NCBI GenBank assembly: GCA_963744145.1
Contig: CAVUSO010000001.1
Span: 4,576,001 to 4,640,000 of the forward strand
Direction of reading: 5' to 3'
Length of the DNA stretch: 64,000 nt
Source of the DNA: an uncultured cyanobacterium
Lineage (GTDB): Bacteria > Cyanobacteriota > Cyanobacteriia > Cyanobacteriales > CAWUOF01
Positions 1 to 8,628 of this stretch are shown here, in pieces. Within the stretch, counting starts at the first letter, position 1. Every line of letters begins with the position of its first letter. The translations under genes and the position numbers were made by a program. The notes under the pieces were generated by a model, which was not told the origin of the DNA, searched no databases, and was given only the letters and a program-made list of their open reading frames with translations.

Positions 1-193
1 ACACTCGAAATGCACCAACCCTTAACTCCCACTCAGCAATATCTGGTGGGTTTCGTCGGAATCGGTTTCTGGTTTCTGTTGCTGGCTCATCCGGTAATTG
101 GGTTTGGATTGCATCAATGATAATGTTTTGCTCAAATTTTTTGAAATAGCGTAAATCTTGAACTGCTTCAGGCGTAAATTCAATTTCGTACAT
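1..193 (-). CDS. RelE/ParE-family toxin (runs off the window start; not in ORF track)
   Basis: Manual translation from ATG at 193: MYEIEFTPEAVQDLRYFKKFEQNIIIDAIQTQL...EWELRVGAFRV, a RelE-type N-terminus plus LRVGxFRV motif. Confidence 0.8.
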   Translation of the reverse strand, partial: MYEIEFTPEAVQDLRYFKKFEQNIIIDAIQTQLPDEPATETRNRFRRNPPDIAEWELRVGAFRV

Positions 194-313
194 CCGTGAT
201 TACAGAGTTGGTGGTAACTTTTACTACAAATCTTTTGATTTTACTGGGCAAACGTTTCGGTAGCTCACCTTAAAAATCACAAAAAAATAATAATCTGATC
301 CTGGCAAATTCGA

Positions 314-604
314 CTATCTACGACTTTTCCAGTATCCAGGCTCTCGGCTGCAATTCATAACCGCCAAAATGAGAATATAATCTTGTTCAATTGTGTAGAG
401 AAGGCCATAGGGAAATTTACGCGCCATACATCGTTGAACATTATCATCAATTGTTGCATAGCGAGTGGGAGATTCTCTGATTCGATAAACGGCATCTTCG
501 ATCGCATTTATAAATGCTTGTGCAACCTCAACTCGTTGCTCTGTATAATATTGAACTGCCTCAGCATATTCAGTTACAGCTTCTGGGTGAAACACATACC
601 TCAT
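314..604 (-). CDS. RelE/ParE-family type II toxin
   Basis: 96 aa, FHPEAVTEY...A...Y N-terminus, KFPYGLLY, ILAV..R.PGYW; overlaps the upstream antitoxin by 4 bp. Confidence 0.85.
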   Translation of the reverse strand: MRYVFHPEAVTEYAEAVQYYTEQRVEVAQAFINAIEDAVYRIRESPTRYATIDDNVQRCMARKFPYGLLYTIEQDYILILAVMNCSREPGYWKSRR

Positions 605-831
605 AGCTTAATCAATCGTCTAACTTGAGCCAAGGCTTCTTCCCCTAGAATTGGCTGCACAGAACCATCCCGAACCTCATCTCTTCGCCTTTTCGCTTCA
701 GTCACCCAAATCGCCTGAATCGCTGAATCAGTATCAAACTCTAGGCTTTCTACCAGTTTATCTGCCAGGAGTGCCCTTGACTCACTAGGCAAGGACAAAA
801 TTTCCTCTGTCAATTGCTCGATTGATCTCAT
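601..831 (-). CDS. Addiction-module antitoxin (TIGR02574-like)
   Basis: 76 aa, LSLP..SRA.LA..L.ESL...W..EA.RR pattern; ATGA overlap with the toxin. Confidence 0.85.
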   Translation of the reverse strand: MRSIEQLTEEILSLPSESRALLADKLVESLEFDTDSAIQAIWVTEAKRRRDEVRDGSVQPILGEEALAQVRRLIKL

Positions 832-1142
832 AGTTCCTCGCAGAGCGAATCAGATTTATATATTATAGCATTATAGCAAAATTAGCGATGGGCATGATGC
901 CAAACTTCCTAATTATTTTCTCTACAGATTAGATTATGGCGATCGCCTAATTGGGGCTGACTGGCATTTTCTGTGGTCAGTTTACAACTAGTTAAAGTAA
1001 TCATTAGCATCAAACCTAATAGCAACTCTTCAGCATTAATTTTTAACTGGGGGTTTGTGTTTTTAGATAACATAACGTCAGTTTGACAGACTAGACAAAG
1101 CTGAAAAAAAGCTGAGAATAAATGGCATGATAGAGCCAGATT

Positions 1143-3038
1143 TTAGTTTTCAGCTAGCACAATGATTCTATCTTGATGGGTGAAGTTAATCATCTGATCT
1201 TTTTGAGGATTAATCACAATACCATAGGACTTTGCCATATTATTCGCATCAGCTTGACTCAGATAGCCAATTGCTGATTCTCCGTATTGTTTAGCAGACT
1301 CAACCACAGTATAAAAATTGATCCACTGAGCAATATTAACATAATTATTCACTGGTTTGAGGTAAATCTCTGAGCCTTCTGGATTGAAAACATCAGTGAA
1401 TACATCATTCAGGTCTTTATTGATAGCAATCTGAGCGACAGCCAGACTAATTATTTGCTCGCTAACTACAAAATCATCAGCTTTAGCTGCTTGAGCAAGT
1501 GTTCTATTTTTCACATCCATAATTTCTGTGACAAGTTTGAACTTGTAATTGTTGCGGTTAGCAATATCCCGTAAATGAACTAAGGTGACTAAGGTATGAG
1601 AATCTGCTAGCTCTGATTCTATATCAGTATTACACAGAATAATAATCTGGTTATATTGTGCTAAGTGAAGTTCTTCTAAAGTTTTACGTCTAGTAATATC
1701 TGCTTGAACATATTGCAGAGTTTGCTTTTGGATACCTAAAGACTTTGAATTTAAAATCTTTTCCACAAATGGAAAATCGTTAACAACTGTGATCATCGAA
1801 CCTAATTGAACATATTGATCCATCTGTTGGATCATAAAAGGAACATAATTGTTCCAACCCAGAATTAAGGTATTTTCTGCTCCACTAGGGCGTAATTTTA
1901 AATTGATAATTGCTTTCCACTCAATTCCATGATCAGTGTTTGGTCCCAGAGCAATCGAATGATAATCTTTGCTAATAAAAACCAGTTTTTCTGTTGTCTT
2001 TAATTTTGTATTTATCGGAGGGTTAAGTTGAATCTTACCGTCAGCACGTTTGATCCCAATCACACAGGAATTATTATAAGCCAGCAAAGCATTACCATAG
2101 GTTTTATTCTCTAAACTCGGTTCTTCTTTTAAATAAATTTCATTACTGCTCTGAAAATCTAGTAAGGTTTCGTATACAAAAGACAAACCTGATTGTCGAG
2201 AAGTTTGGATAATAATCCGTGCAATTAAATTATTGATCAAGACAATTTCTACTTGGTTACCCCCAATTACTTTGATCACTTCAACATTCTTCGGGTTTTG
2301 GACTTGCACTACAATATGATAGGGGTGAGAAACTGATCTAGGAATATTAGTGATAGCTAGCAAGGTTTTGATCAAGCAAATATCTTGATTATCATTGAAG
2401 GTATTCACAACAATAATTGAACGTGATGCTTGAATATTAACCATCCCCAGATCACTCATATTACTATGACTACCTCTCCGACAGACAATCCGAATGCGAG
2501 ATATTTTACCAAGTTCATCGCGCAGACTATCTTCCATGTCATGCTTTTCTTTTTCGCTCAGAACCACTATGCAAGTATCTGGGTTATTAGCATCAGCGAT
2601 CGCTAGTTCTGAGATCAGGGTAAATACTTGGAGTGACCAACCTAAGATGACAATGTGATCTGTTTCAATCACTCGCGATCGCCCCTTCCGTAGGTCTGCT
2701 AACTTTTCTTCTACACCATTAGTAATAATCCCAATTAGGGTCCCCATACTAAAAAGACCAGTGAAGGTCACCAGTAGCATAATCAAGCGCAGTTTCCAAC
2801 TTTGGTCATTAGCTAGTGTCCCTGTATCTATACTGTGGATAAAAATATCCCACATTGCTTCGGGAAAAGAAGTATCCTCTTGTTGAGGTAACGCATGGGT
2901 CCAGATAATTATCGCTGAAATGAGCAAAAAAAACAAAAAAGACACCGACCCTAGTCCAATAATCAGGGCAATAGTGCCTTTAGACATGAAATTATCAAAA
3001 CTGTAACGTAATCGATCAGTAATAGTTATTTTAGCCAT
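1143..3038 (-). CDS. CASTOR/POLLUX(DMI1)-related cation channel with RCK/TrkA-like domains
   Basis: RLRY.FDN.MSKG N-terminus, two TM helices around DTGT, LRKGRS.V.E..H.VILGW, and EGSEIYLKP. Confidence 0.85.
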   Translation of the reverse strand: MAKITITDRLRYSFDNFMSKGTIALIIGLGSVSFLFFLLISAIIIWTHALPQQEDTSFPEAMWDIFIHSIDTGTLANDQSWKLRLIMLLVTFTGLFSMGTLIGIITNGVEEKLADLRKGRSRVIETDHIVILGWSLQVFTLISELAIADANNPDTCIVVLSEKEKHDMEDSLRDELGKISRIRIVCRRGSHSNMSDLGMVNIQASRSIIVVNTFNDNQDICLIKTLLAITNIPRSVSHPYHIVVQVQNPKNVEVIKVIGGNQVEIVLINNLIARIIIQTSRQSGLSFVYETLLDFQSSNEIYLKEEPSLENKTYGNALLAYNNSCVIGIKRADGKIQLNPPINTKLKTTEKLVFISKDYHSIALGPNTDHGIEWKAIINLKLRPSGAENTLILGWNNYVPFMIQQMDQYVQLGSMITVVNDFPFVEKILNSKSLGIQKQTLQYVQADITRRKTLEELHLAQYNQIIILCNTDIESELADSHTLVTLVHLRDIANRNNYKFKLVTEIMDVKNRTLAQAAKADDFVVSEQIISLAVAQIAINKDLNDVFTDVFNPEGSEIYLKPVNNYVNIAQWINFYTVVESAKQYGESAIGYLSQADANNMAKSYGIVINPQKDQMINFTHQDRIIVLAEN

Positions 3039-3118
3039 AGTGCTTTGATTTAGTTAAATATCGCTAATTGTTACTAAATATTTTTACATGATTTTAACTC
3101 CTGGTAAGAGGATCTAAA

Positions 3119-4696
3119 CTAGACCCGATCGCATTTGTCTGACTGAACCAAAGCGGAATAATCAGATCCAGAACCAAAGTGCCAAGCATCGACCCAACGA
3201 TGATAATAATATTGTTGTGTAGGTGATAAATTTAGTCTGGAAATAGGTAGCGATCGCGTTAATCGATCTAAAAGGGTATAAACTCCCAAATTAAAATAAT
3301 GCCAAATCCACTCTAATAAAATCATTAATCCCACTTGGGGAACTATTTTTATGACTAATCCCGGATTTTTTAAACCAGTGATTAGTAAAGTTTGAGACAA
3401 AGCTGAAAATTGAATCACATCTTGCAAAAACGGTTTCAAAACTGGCTCTCCCAATTGAACCATTACCCCAAATACTTCTGACAGTAAACGATTAATTTGT
3501 GCTGGAGCAATTTTTTGATCAATCCCCACACTCATCGCTCGCTGAAATAACCAAGTAACAGCTAAATTAGGTTGATAAGGTTGCAATAATCCTAACGCAC
3601 TCTGGTGAAGAAGATCATGTTGTAAAGCTTCGTGAATCCCCATACTTAAACGTTTAAGATGACGAACCATTGCTCCAAATCCACCAAAACTTAAAGGAGA
3701 TTGACTCCCACTACTATCTCCCATCGCAACAATTCGATTCCAAGGTAATTGTAAAGGACTTTTTTGATAAGCAGGAAAAAATCCAAATAGCGCTCTTTGA
3801 AATTGTAACTGTTCAAGTTCTATCTGTTGATATTCTGATAATAACCGGAAATAATCTGTAAACAAATCTTCTAAACTTAATCGCTCCGGGTTACTATCTA
3901 GATAAGTAAATAAATAAGTAGTTCTTCCATCCCGAGCTGGAAAAGCTTCCCAAAAATATTGACACTGTTTTTCCAAATTGGTAAAGGAAACAAATAAATC
4001 CCCTGTTTGCTGATCAGGAATTCCTTGGGTACAACTTCCTACTACTAAACAAATTGCATCAGGTTTTTGTCCTTGTCTTGCTTGTCGAACAATCGGAGAA
4101 AAATGTCCCATGGTATCAATTAATAGACGAGTTTTAAATTCATCCCCACCTTTAACTAAAACTCCATCAGGATGAACAATTGCTGCTGTAAAAATTGTTT
4201 CTTCAAATAATTTACCACCAGCAGCTAAAAATTTCAACTTGAGGGTTTCGAGGAGAAATACGGGATCAATACCAATATTTAGAATATCTTCCACCCAGAT
4301 TTCTGGTCCATCTAAAAAACTGACCCGAGCTGGATTATAGATTGTTGCGATCGCTTGATTAAGTTCAGACTCAGTTAACAAATTTAGTTCTAAAAAAACC
4401 TCTAGTTCCTGACGAGAAATATTCCATTCCTGCTTTCTACCACGTAAAATTCCTCGTTCCAACAATGCTACTTTCCAACCCATAGTAGCTAAAACACTAC
4501 CGATTAAAATCCCTAAAGTACCACCACAGATTACCACATCCCAATCCAATTTTTCCAGCAATATATTACTTTCTCCAATGACATTTGGGATTGGTGCATC
4601 ATTGTTTCTAACAGATGTTAAAATCCTGTCAGTATGTCGTAAGCTTCCTAAAATATCTCCCGGTAGTTGAGCAAGAATATCTTCAGTTAACGTCAT
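3119..4696 (-). CDS. cruP: FAD-dependent lycopene cyclase CruP-like protein
   Basis: DVVICGGTLG, GRKQEWNISR.EL, QYFWEAFPA.DGRTTYLFTY, GDSSGSQSPLSFGGFG motifs. Confidence 0.75.
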   Translation of the reverse strand: MTLTEDILAQLPGDILGSLRHTDRILTSVRNNDAPIPNVIGESNILLEKLDWDVVICGGTLGILIGSVLATMGWKVALLERGILRGRKQEWNISRQELEVFLELNLLTESELNQAIATIYNPARVSFLDGPEIWVEDILNIGIDPVFLLETLKLKFLAAGGKLFEETIFTAAIVHPDGVLVKGGDEFKTRLLIDTMGHFSPIVRQARQGQKPDAICLVVGSCTQGIPDQQTGDLFVSFTNLEKQCQYFWEAFPARDGRTTYLFTYLDSNPERLSLEDLFTDYFRLLSEYQQIELEQLQFQRALFGFFPAYQKSPLQLPWNRIVAMGDSSGSQSPLSFGGFGAMVRHLKRLSMGIHEALQHDLLHQSALGLLQPYQPNLAVTWLFQRAMSVGIDQKIAPAQINRLLSEVFGVMVQLGEPVLKPFLQDVIQFSALSQTLLITGLKNPGLVIKIVPQVGLMILLEWIWHYFNLGVYTLLDRLTRSLPISRLNLSPTQQYYYHRWVDAWHFGSGSDYSALVQSDKCDRV

Positions 4697-4741
4697 AAAT
4701 TTTGCTTAAATAAATAAAAATATTATCGTGTTTCTCGCTCA

Positions 4742-5725
4742 TTAAATCAGCCCCAATTCCCGTTTAAGTAAATTAATCGAATTACTACCAATATAATTTT
4801 CGCTACTCATTAAATGAGGAGAACGAATTAAATCATCCCTAGCTTCAGCGATCGCTGCTTTGACTGTAGCTGTACTTGCTTGGTCACAAATAATAGTCCG
4901 AGCGCTATGAATAATTGCCTTTAACTTATATTGGTCTCTCAATTGAGCAGTCATAATCAGCAAATCATCACCGCGCAAACTATGAATAATTACCTCTGCT
5001 GCTCGTAAAATACCCGAACTCAGACTGACTAAACCAATGCAAAAATTTTTCGGTAGATTTTTAATCACTTTTAGCTCTTCGGCATAATCGTAAATATCAA
5101 TCGGGATAATCCGCACGGATTTAGTCGCAGCGATCGCTTCAGCTTCACCAATAAAATAGCGACTGGTGACTACTGTCCCCGAATGAGTTTGATCAAGTGC
5201 CAAAGCTAGTTCTTCAATCGGCACCAATTGGACTGGCATCGAGAGAGCTTGTTCCAGTTCTTGGGCCATTAATTCTCCTACCCCAATATCTTGAGCCGGA
5301 GCTGTAACTACCACCCGGGCACTACTGCGTAATCTCCAGTCAATTTCGGCTAAAAATAATTCTCTAGCTTGATTTAAAGAACAACCTTGACTAAGTAATT
5401 TATCTAAACTTTCTTGGACTACCTTATCAGCTTGGGGATATTGTTGAAAAATTGGCGATCGCAGTCTCGCCCCACCTTCGTGACCTTGAGCCCGGACATA
5501 AATTCCCGAACCTGCTTGGGCATCTACCAGACCAATATTCTCTAATTGACGATAAACCTTACTAATTGTATTCCGGTGGAGACCAGTTTGCATCGCTAGC
5601 TGACGAGTGCTGGGCAATCGATGTCCTGGGGGAAATTGACTTGAGGCGATCGCAAACCGAATTTGATTAAATAACTGAGTTGATGCGGGAATTTCACTAT
5701 CGGGCTGAATCTGAAATTGAACCAT
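4742..5725 (-). CDS. plmA: GntR-family regulator, cyanobacterial PlmA subfamily
   Basis: MVQF.IQPDSEIPAS.QLFNQI.FAIAS...LPSTRQLAMQTGLHRNTISKVYRQLE; 327 aa. Confidence 0.9.
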   Translation of the reverse strand: MVQFQIQPDSEIPASTQLFNQIRFAIASSQFPPGHRLPSTRQLAMQTGLHRNTISKVYRQLENIGLVDAQAGSGIYVRAQGHEGGARLRSPIFQQYPQADKVVQESLDKLLSQGCSLNQARELFLAEIDWRLRSSARVVVTAPAQDIGVGELMAQELEQALSMPVQLVPIEELALALDQTHSGTVVTSRYFIGEAEAIAATKSVRIIPIDIYDYAEELKVIKNLPKNFCIGLVSLSSGILRAAEVIIHSLRGDDLLIMTAQLRDQYKLKAIIHSARTIICDQASTATVKAAIAEARDDLIRSPHLMSSENYIGSNSINLLKRELGLI

Positions 5726-5893
5726 TCCGTAACCTCCAAATTAACTGGGAAACAAATTCCCTAGACCATGTCAATAATTTTCTTAATAGACTTAAATTTG
5801 GGGATAAATCTTAACCCATTATGACTTTAATCTATATCTTGTTGGTAGAAGATATCAACCAAGTCGTTTTTTATCCCAACACCAGGAAAAATC

Positions 5894-6640
5894 ATGGCAG
5901 AACTGGCAATTGAGACCCAAACTATCCAAATCTCCCAGCCCAACCTCGGGATCGATGCTTATTTAGCCCAACCCAAACCTCTAGGTTCCTATCCCGCAGT
6001 AGTAGTTCTACAGGAGATTTTTGGGGTGAATGTCCATATTCGCGAAGTAACAGAAAGAATTGCCCAAGAGGGTTATGTCGCGATCGCTCCAGCACTTTAC
6101 CAACGACAAGCTCCCGGATTTGAAACTGGATATACACCTCAAGATATCGAGATCGGGAGGCAATATGCCATGCAAACAACCGCGACCGAGTTATTAGGTG
6201 ATATCCAAGCCGCTATTGATTATGTAAAAAGCTTACCACAAGTAAAGAAAGATGGCTTTGGCTGTATCGGTTTTTGTTTTGGGGGTCATGTAGCTTATCT
6301 AGCAGCTACCCTAGCAGATATCAAAGCCACAGCTTGCTTTTATGGAGCCGGAATTACAACCCGAACTTTTGGAGGAGGAGAGCCAACTGTCACCCACACC
6401 CCAGAAATTAAAGGGACTCTTTATGGCTTTTTTGGGAGAGAAGATCAGAGTATTCCGATGGAACAAGTAGATGAAATCGCAGCGGAATTAGAGAAATATA
6501 ATATTTCCCATCACATCTTCCGTTATGATGGAGCAGACCACGGTTTTTTTTGTGACCATCGGAGTAGCTACAATCCAAAAGCAGCAGCAGACGCTTGGGA
6601 ACAAGTAAAGCAACTTTTTGATAGTAATTTACGACGCTAA
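5894..6640 (+). CDS. Dienelactone hydrolase family protein
   Basis: QEIFGVN.HI, nucleophile GFCFGG, HGFFCD.R.SY. Confidence 0.92.
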   Translation: MAELAIETQTIQISQPNLGIDAYLAQPKPLGSYPAVVVLQEIFGVNVHIREVTERIAQEGYVAIAPALYQRQAPGFETGYTPQDIEIGRQYAMQTTATELLGDIQAAIDYVKSLPQVKKDGFGCIGFCFGGHVAYLAATLADIKATACFYGAGITTRTFGGGEPTVTHTPEIKGTLYGFFGREDQSIPMEQVDEIAAELEKYNISHHIFRYDGADHGFFCDHRSSYNPKAAADAWEQVKQLFDSNLRR

Positions 6641-6661
6641 ATTTCTCGAAGAATTCCTTTC

Positions 6662-6710
6662 GCAGCAGTTTGGGGAACAAGTAAAACAACTGTTTTCTAG
6701 TCAACTTTAA
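6662..6710 (+). pseudogene. Relict duplicate of the dienelactone hydrolase 3' end
   Basis: gggaacaagtaaaacaactgttttctagt matches gggaacaagtaaagcaactttttgatagt (6597-6625); it reads EQVKQLFSSQL*. Confidence 0.7.
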
Positions 6711-6901
6711 AACAGAAAGCGAATTTTTATGTCTTAGATTGAGACTTCCCTGATCCTGTTGAATGGATTGGTTATAGTGGAGCTAAGGGTGTTCGTGCGA
6801 CTCTCTCGGCTAGTAAAATTTACCTACTTGCTGTTCGACAGCTCGTGGGATTGTGGTTGACTTCTTAGTCAATCTCTTTTTTCATTCATCATTTAATAGT
6901 C

Positions 6902-7810
6902 ATGAATTCCAAATTGACCCGTTCTCCAGCAGCTCAAGCATCATTTTCTAGTGATGATTTTGCCAAAGCTCTCGAACAACACAGCTATGAATTTCAAAAA
7001 GGACAAGTGGTGCGCGGTAAGGTGTTTGAATACGCATCAGATGGGGCTTATGTTGATATTGGTGGCAAATCTTCAGCTTTTCTGCCCAATCAAGAAGTTT
7101 CTTTGAAACCAATCACCACTAATCTATCCACAGAGTTACCTTTGCAAGAAGAACGGGATTTTCTCATTATTCGTGAACAAAATGAAGATGGTCAGGTGAC
7201 TCTTTCCCTCAAACAACTGGAAATTAAACAAATATGGGATAGACTCACAGAAATTCAAGAAAGTGGCCAATCTATCCAAGTCCGGGTGATGGGAATCAAT
7301 AAAGGGGGTGTGACGATCGATGTTCATGGTTTGCGCGGTTTTATTCCCCGATCGCATCTAATCGAGCGCGATAATTTGCAAGGGCTAATTGGTCAAGCTT
7401 TGAGTGCCTGTTTTTTAGAAATCAATTCTGATAATAATAAATTGGTAATGTCTCAGCGTTTGGCTACTCGGTCTGTAGCAATTAGTCAATTGCAGATTGG
7501 TCAATTGGTAGCTGGTGAAATTGCCAGTATTAAACCTTTTGGTGCTTTTGTGGATTTAGCCGGTATTACTGGTTTGTTGCATATTAGTCAGGTGAGCAAA
7601 CACCGGATTGAATCTCTGGAAAAGGTGTTTCAAGTTGGTCAGTTAATTAAGTCGGTCATTATTGATGTGGATGAAGGTAAAGGTCGGATTTCTCTCTCGA
7701 CTAAAGTTTTAGAAAACTATCCAGGGGAAATGCTGGAAAAAATGGATGAGGTCATGGCTTCAGCAGCCGAGCGATCGCATCGAGTCAATAAAGATGCGGT
7801 TCAATCCTAA
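6902..7810 (+). CDS. 30S ribosomal protein S1 homologue (three S1 domains, cyanobacterial S1b type)
   Basis: FSSDDFAKALEQH.YEF.KGQ, YVDIGGKSSAF, GLRGFIPRSHL, KPFGAFVD..G.TGLLHISQVS. Confidence 0.88.
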   Translation: MNSKLTRSPAAQASFSSDDFAKALEQHSYEFQKGQVVRGKVFEYASDGAYVDIGGKSSAFLPNQEVSLKPITTNLSTELPLQEERDFLIIREQNEDGQVTLSLKQLEIKQIWDRLTEIQESGQSIQVRVMGINKGGVTIDVHGLRGFIPRSHLIERDNLQGLIGQALSACFLEINSDNNKLVMSQRLATRSVAISQLQIGQLVAGEIASIKPFGAFVDLAGITGLLHISQVSKHRIESLEKVFQVGQLIKSVIIDVDEGKGRISLSTKVLENYPGEMLEKMDEVMASAAERSHRVNKDAVQS

Positions 7811-7823
7811 ATTTTCACACTGA

Positions 7824-7850
7824 TTAGGGATAGATTTTGACTATCCCTAA
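7824..7850. terminator. Hairpin between convergent genes, probable terminator
   Basis: TTAGGGATAG-N7-CTATCCCTAA, a perfect 10-bp stem just after the S1 gene stop. Confidence 0.65.
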
Positions 7851-7917
7851 GTTGGTTTTAGTTGAAAAAATGAAAAAAAAGATGTTCAAGTTGGTTTAAA
7901 AGTTCCGAAAAAGTTTC

Positions 7918-8345
7918 TTATTGAGCAGGATCTGGCAGTCGCGATCGGACGAATTGATGAATTTTTTCCAATTGTTCTCGTGTCAGCACCGCTTCTGCCT
8001 GTTGGTGAGACAATTTGATAATTTCTTGGATTTTAGTTTTTTGGGTATCGGAAAGGTTCATCGCTGCTATAGCTTCTTTACGTCCTTTACCACTATCAAT
8101 TGCGGCTTGATATTTATCCTTCTGTTCTTGGGTAATGACTTCATCCATTTGGGCACGAGTATTTAAGTGAATCTGAGTCAGTAAATTTTTTGCTCCTGCG
8201 TCAGTTTTAAATCTTCAAGGGATGGAGCTTTTGGTGCTGGTGAAGACGGGGTTGGTTGAGGAGATTGAGCCTGAACATTACCTGGGATAGTATTAATACT
8301 CAGGGCGATCGCCAAGGTGATTATCGATATTAAGCTAAGTTTCAT
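7918..8345 (-). pseudogene. Spy/CpxP-like periplasmic protein, frameshifted in an A6 run
   Basis: ATG at 8345 gives a signal peptide and ...LKLTQEQK(IY*). One extra A at 8186-8191 joins it to the 7918..8148 ORF carrying ITQEQ, LSDTQK and LTREQ (LTxxQ) motifs. Confidence 0.75.
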
Positions 8346-8512
8346 TTTTAGAAAAGAAAATTTTCAATTGTGTTACTTTGATCATAAAAAATTTTTCAAT
8401 GAGATGAATGGTATTTCCCAGAAGATTTACGCCAAGAAACACTAAGAATAAAGAAATAACTATATAAATAACTTGATGGTTTAGTTAGTAGTAAAAGGGA
8501 CAGATCAGATGT

Positions 8513-8594
8513 GGACAGACAAGATGTCTGTCCCACCCACCAGAAAAAAAACCTCTTGTGGGACAGTCATCTTGACTGTCCTAGTTATTTTTGC
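8513..8594. repeat. Dispersed double-hairpin REP/MITE-like element, copy 1
   Basis: GGACAGACAAGATGTCTGTCC...GGACAGTCATCTTGACTGTCC; homologous to 23821-23900 (inverted) and 29044-29171. Confidence 0.85.
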
Positions 8595-8628
8595 CAGCAA
8601 TTGATTTAATTTCTATTCCTGAAAAGAT

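Noticed and set aside
1072..1140. AACGTCAGTTTGAC... resembling a cyanobacterial IS end
   Set aside because: No partner inverted repeat or transposase remnant is visible; the resemblance is from memory only.
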